A stretch of 64,000 nt of DNA from Macrostomum lignano (Eukaryota). The notes under the pieces are model-generated. The model searched no databases, was not told the DNA's origin, and worked only from the letters and a program-made list of their open reading frames with translations. The stretch is taken from assembly GCA_002269645.1 (NCBI GenBank), contig NIVC01000140.1:1-64000 (forward strand), given 5' to 3'. Shown here piece by piece: positions 60,501 to 64,000 of the stretch. Within the stretch, counting starts at the first letter, position 1. Every line of letters starts with the position of its first letter. Both the position numbers and the translations under genes were made by a program.

Positions 60501-62755
60501 ACTAAAGGGATTGGAGGGGAGATGCGCCAACTAAAGGGATTGGAGGGGAGATGCGTTAACTAAGACATGAGGGGAGATGCGCCAACTAAAGGGATTGGAG
60601 GGGAGATGCGCCAACTAAGATATGAGGGGAGATGTGCCAACTAAAGGGATTGGAGGGGAGATGCGCCAACTAAAGGGATTGGAGGGGAGATGCGCCAACT
60701 AAAGGGATTGGAGGGGAGATGCGCCAACTAAAGGGATTGGAGGGGAGATGCGCCAACTAAGTCATGAGGGGAGATGCGCCAACTAAAGGGATTGGAGGGG
60801 AGACGCCCCAACTAAGACATGAGGGGAGATGCGCCAACTAAAGGGATTGGAGGGGAGATGCGCCAACTAAAGGGATTGGAGGGGAGATGCGCCAACTAAG
60901 ACATGAGGGGAGATGCGCCAACTAAAGGGATTGGAGGGGAGACGCGCCAACTAAGACATGAGGGGAGATGCGCCAACTAAAGGGATTGGAGGGGAGATGC
61001 CCCAACTAAGACATGGAGGAGATGCGCCAACTAAAGGGATTGGAGGGGAGACGCCCCAACTAAGACATGAGGGGAGATGCGCCAACTAAAGGGATTGGAG
61101 GGGAGATGCGCCAACTAAAGGGATTGGAGGGGAGATGCGCCAACTAAAACACTGGAGGGCAGCAGTTGCTACCTTGGCGAGCTGCTTCACGGCATCCGCG
61201 GCCTCCCGGCCGAGCGCACCTTCAAAAGGGTAGAGCCGCTGCAGCCAGTACTGCACAGGCATTGCGGGCACGAGGTTCCACAATTCGGCCACAGCGGCCA
61301 GGTTGTCCAGTGGAAAGTCCGGTAGGCCGAGGCTGCGAGCCTCTTCAGCGTTGATCGCCATGCCAAAGGAGGTCAGCTGCAGCAGTTTGTCGGAGGGCGG
61401 CCGGTCCGCAGGCAGCGCAGGCTCGGCGGGCACGCGGCGGCATTGGAAGCGGGAGCGGAGCGGCGGGTCCAGTGGGTTGCCCCGGTAGCGAGGCACCGGC
61501 AGGCCCAGGGCGATCACACTGAGGGGATTCGGAGTGGCAATACACACCAAAATTTAGCGCTTGCATCCATCAGTTAAGCGATTTCCTGAAGGCTATATTT
61601 GTCTACCGCCGACGTTAAAGCGCAGAAATTAGACATGCAAAGCAGCATTGAGAAAGCAGAAGACCTACAGCCCTTATCTCGAAGCCACTTGCTCCAAATA
61701 GTGGGCAGAAGTCAATGCAGTCACAATGAATTCAGGGGTCAAAGAATAAATTCTAAACGTTGAGATAAAGCAGAACTGCACTGGAGCCAGATAATCACTT
61801 TTTAGGTCATTTTTAGGTCACTTGGTGAGAAACTTGGAGAAAGAAATGCACGAAATAAAGCAAGTGGAACGCGCTGAGCCTGGGGGGTCACGAGCGGGTA
61901 GCTGAGGCGTCAATTGCGGTCGGGCTGAGCCTGGAGGGTTAGTAGCGATCGGGCTGAGCCGTGGGCTGGGCCTGGGGGATCAGTAGCGGGTGGGCTGGAC
62001 CTGGAGGATCAGTAGCGGGTAGGCTGGACCTGGAGGATCAGTAGCGGGTAGGCTGGACCTGGAGGATCAGTAGCGGGTGGGCTGGGCCGTGGGCTGGAAG
62101 ATGAGTAGCAATGGCAGAAGTGCATGAAAGCAGCTCAGCCTACCGGAAGTCAGGGGAGCAGCGCAGCAGGCGCCACTCCCGCATGGTGTCGCTGCCGTGC
62201 TTGCCCAGCAGAAAGTCGTACCGGCTGGGGTGCATGATGAAGCGGCCATCCTCCAGCTGCACTTCTCTATTCTCAAGCAGGTTGTTCAACACAGGCAGCA
62301 CGTTCCGCTCGGCCTTCTCAAGTCCCTCCAAGACCAGCAGGCGGCCCTCCAGCGCAGCCCGCACTGCGCACTCGTCTGCATAGACGGCGCTGCCTGCACG
62401 AATCTCGCGACGCTGCTTGAGGTCGGACTCGGTAACGTCACGTGACAGGCTGATGTACTCGACCTCCATGTGAGCGAGCTCCTGCAATACCAGATGCATC
62501 AAATGCAGCTGTGATCTGGAGAAGCAAGCGAGTATTTAGAGACAGCTACACTCACTGAGTACATCAGAGCCAATTGCCGCTTGCTCTTCCCTGGTGGGCC
62601 AATCAGGAACACATCCTGTCCCAGCACATCCTGAAATTAATCATGAAGAGTTTTGTGTAGAAACCTGCTGCAAATGCATTTCATAGCTCTGGTACATACC
62701 TTTTGCAGAATCCATTGCAGGTGCTGGCTCAGAGTGGCAGATAAAGGCTCTGGCA
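48522..62755 (-). CDS. VWA8: von Willebrand factor A domain-containing protein 8 (AAA+ ATPase with C-terminal vWA), 16 exons seen, N-terminal exon(s) not identified
   Basis: Exons 62755-62700, 62630-62556, 62481-62144, 61518-61173, 59313-58378, 57903-57605, 57285-56481, 54337-54183, 53566-53325, 52762-52560, 52258-52068, 51998-51873, 51406-51118, 50711-49989, 49902-49711 and 49217-48522, phases consistent, about 1890 codons. Motifs: QDVFLIGPPG, LIGPRGCGK, LIGNQGVGKNK, VVDEADKAP, GGNMWAGGTGGRDTAGLGG, MIDAS DVSGS. Confidence 0.93.
50753..51035. repeat. 16-bp minisatellite (tgtgctagccccatac), about 17 copies, VWA8 intron
   Basis: Direct reading. Confidence 0.95.
51396..51785. repeat. 22-bp minisatellite (ggaatgtgctggctgcaactat), about 16 copies; the unit contains the adjacent splice-acceptor junction
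   Basis: gaatgtgctggctgcaa is shared exactly between the exon junction (51396-51412) and several units. Confidence 0.92.
52245..52472. repeat. 46-bp tandem repeat (3 full copies plus degenerate ones) homologous to the adjacent acceptor junction
   Basis: Unit gaagggcatgggtctgcagagcgatggctgggtgctcagttctggt vs junction gaagcacattggtctgcggaatgaaagttgggtgctcagttctgg. Confidence 0.85.
54410..56428. repeat. 20-bp minisatellite (gtgaatrggtgcagcaaagw) in a VWA8 intron, split by an insertion
   Basis: Left block 54410-54867 (mixed 20-bp and longer variants); right block 55531-56428 (about 45 units). Confidence 0.95.
54868..55530. mobile_element. Candidate solo LTR, 663 bp (4-bp TSD, Gypsy-like)
   Basis: TGA...TCA termini; ccag on both flanks (54864-54867, 55531-55534); TATAAAA near 55025 followed by a pyrimidine-rich tract and AATAAA on the + strand. 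Confidence 0.7.
58042..58318. repeat. 39-bp minisatellite, 7 copies, VWA8 intron
   Basis: Unit aactccatgtgtagtattgcagaaagatagcaccattga, nearly invariant. Confidence 0.95.
59114..59250 (-). repeat. In-frame 30-bp coding repeat (TSQSAAGDNS, about 4.5 copies) inside a VWA8 exon
   Basis: Lies within the open exon 59313-58378; no GT donor at its start. Confidence 0.85.
59476..61148. repeat. Compound minisatellite of about 25- and 28-bp units (core ggagatgcgccaactaa) filling a VWA8 intron
   Basis: Two unit types (ggcatgag and agggattgga endings); a block at 59537 recurs at 59941 (404-bp offset). Confidence 0.95.
61880..62098. repeat. Degenerate 29-bp tandem repeat (gggtaggctggacctggaggatcagtagc), VWA8 intron
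   Basis: Three to four good copies at about 61980-62090, decaying leftwards. Confidence 0.85.
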
Positions 62756-64000
62756 CTAAAAGCATGCAAGACACAGCATATAATAAAGCTCAACACTAAT
62801 TAATGAGTATGCTATCAAATATACAATAAAAACTTACAATAGTTAACAGGAATCAAATGTGGCGATTTGCTTTTTCTGATTGTTTTGATGACATTTCCAA
62901 TTTTGATGAAGCCTTCAGCCCCTAAAATAGATAATGTTCAAGTTATACCACAATCATAATGGTAATCGGCAACATGACATCAATAGACTAAAAAATAGGC
63001 TACAGCTCACTATCATTATACTAGCTTATTGGCTATCAACTCTAATCAATACCCCTACTGCCAATAGACTAAACTACCCCTACTGCCCTACTGCTAAAGA
63101 TAGACCTTTACATTGTATAGTTTTAGTGTATAGTTTTGAGTGTACCTTAGACAGTAAGGGTTGAACAGTTAGGGTTTAGGGTTGAATTCTTGGCATTCAA
63201 GATAACCATATGCAATGCAGACTCCTATTTGAGACTGATTTGCACCTAGACTGACCTACAAATAAACTTGATCTAGTAGCAAATAACAAATAACAAAGAT
63301 CTAATAACAAATAAACTTGTAACATTGGCTGTTTTTTAATAATAGTTTTTTCCTTTTTGTTGCGAGTTCTTTTGCTTGTCTTGGCATAGAGGAGCATAGA
63401 AAATTAGCTTGAATATAGGGTACTAGGTTGAATTATATTGCAATGGCATTTTGCCTTCTTTCTTGCCAAATATATTTTGCTAGTGTGGGGTAAAAGTTAG
63501 GGTAAAATCAAGATAATTGACAATACATGGTATACATGGTATTAAATATATTTGTCTATTTATATGCCAAAATTTTCCAATGCATAGAGATTTATATCAT
63601 CCTAAGCTTAGAATTAATCATTTTGATGACAAGACATTTTGGTAACAAAAGCAAAAGTAATTTCAATAATAAGAAAAATACCTTTTAATAATAGCCATTG
63701 TAGTTTCAAGTAAAAAAATAATCTTGCCAATCTTAAATGATATGAAACCTAAATTTTTAGAGGTCTACTAAAATTGTAAAATATTTTTTTCATTTAATTT
63801 TATCTACTATTACAGAGTTGTGATCTTTTGTATTTGTAGATTTTCTAAATTCACTGAATATTTACTTGTGTTTTTTGGTAGGCTCTTCTAGATCTTAGTG
63901 TTGGAATTTTTTAAAACAAATGCAAAATGATCTGCATAAAAACAAAACAATTTAATAATTTGAATTTTTCCTAAATATATTATTAATCTTACAAAGGATT

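Overview
Eukaryotic (animal) genomic DNA with GC-rich exons, GT-AG introns and about 10 kb (roughly 16%) of tandem repeats. The style suggests a lophotrochozoan, possibly a free-living flatworm such as Macrostomum (inference only). Four spliced host genes were reconstructed by hand, all on the minus strand: two tandem SLC28/CNT nucleoside transporter paralogs (4229-15708 and about 22596-27690), an FMNL-type formin (33928-40360) and most of VWA8 (48522 to beyond 62755). Mobile DNA includes a full-length but inactivated LOA-like non-LTR retrotransposon with a 15-bp TSD, a decayed second LOA-like copy, two MITEs, two candidate solo LTRs inside minisatellites, a 2.8-kb TIR element and a decayed tyrosine-recombinase gene. 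The most notable find is two sequence-distinct elements of about 300 bp with one shared architecture: 12-bp direct repeat, inverted arms each carrying a hammerhead-ribozyme core (one per strand), short tail, 12-bp direct repeat. These are probably non-autonomous Penelope-like retroelement derivatives. Other notable patterns are exon-by-exon mosaic identity between the CNT paralogs and minisatellites whose unit copies a splice acceptor or stop codon. No CRISPR array, tRNA or rRNA was seen. All coordinates were read manually and may be off by a few bases.
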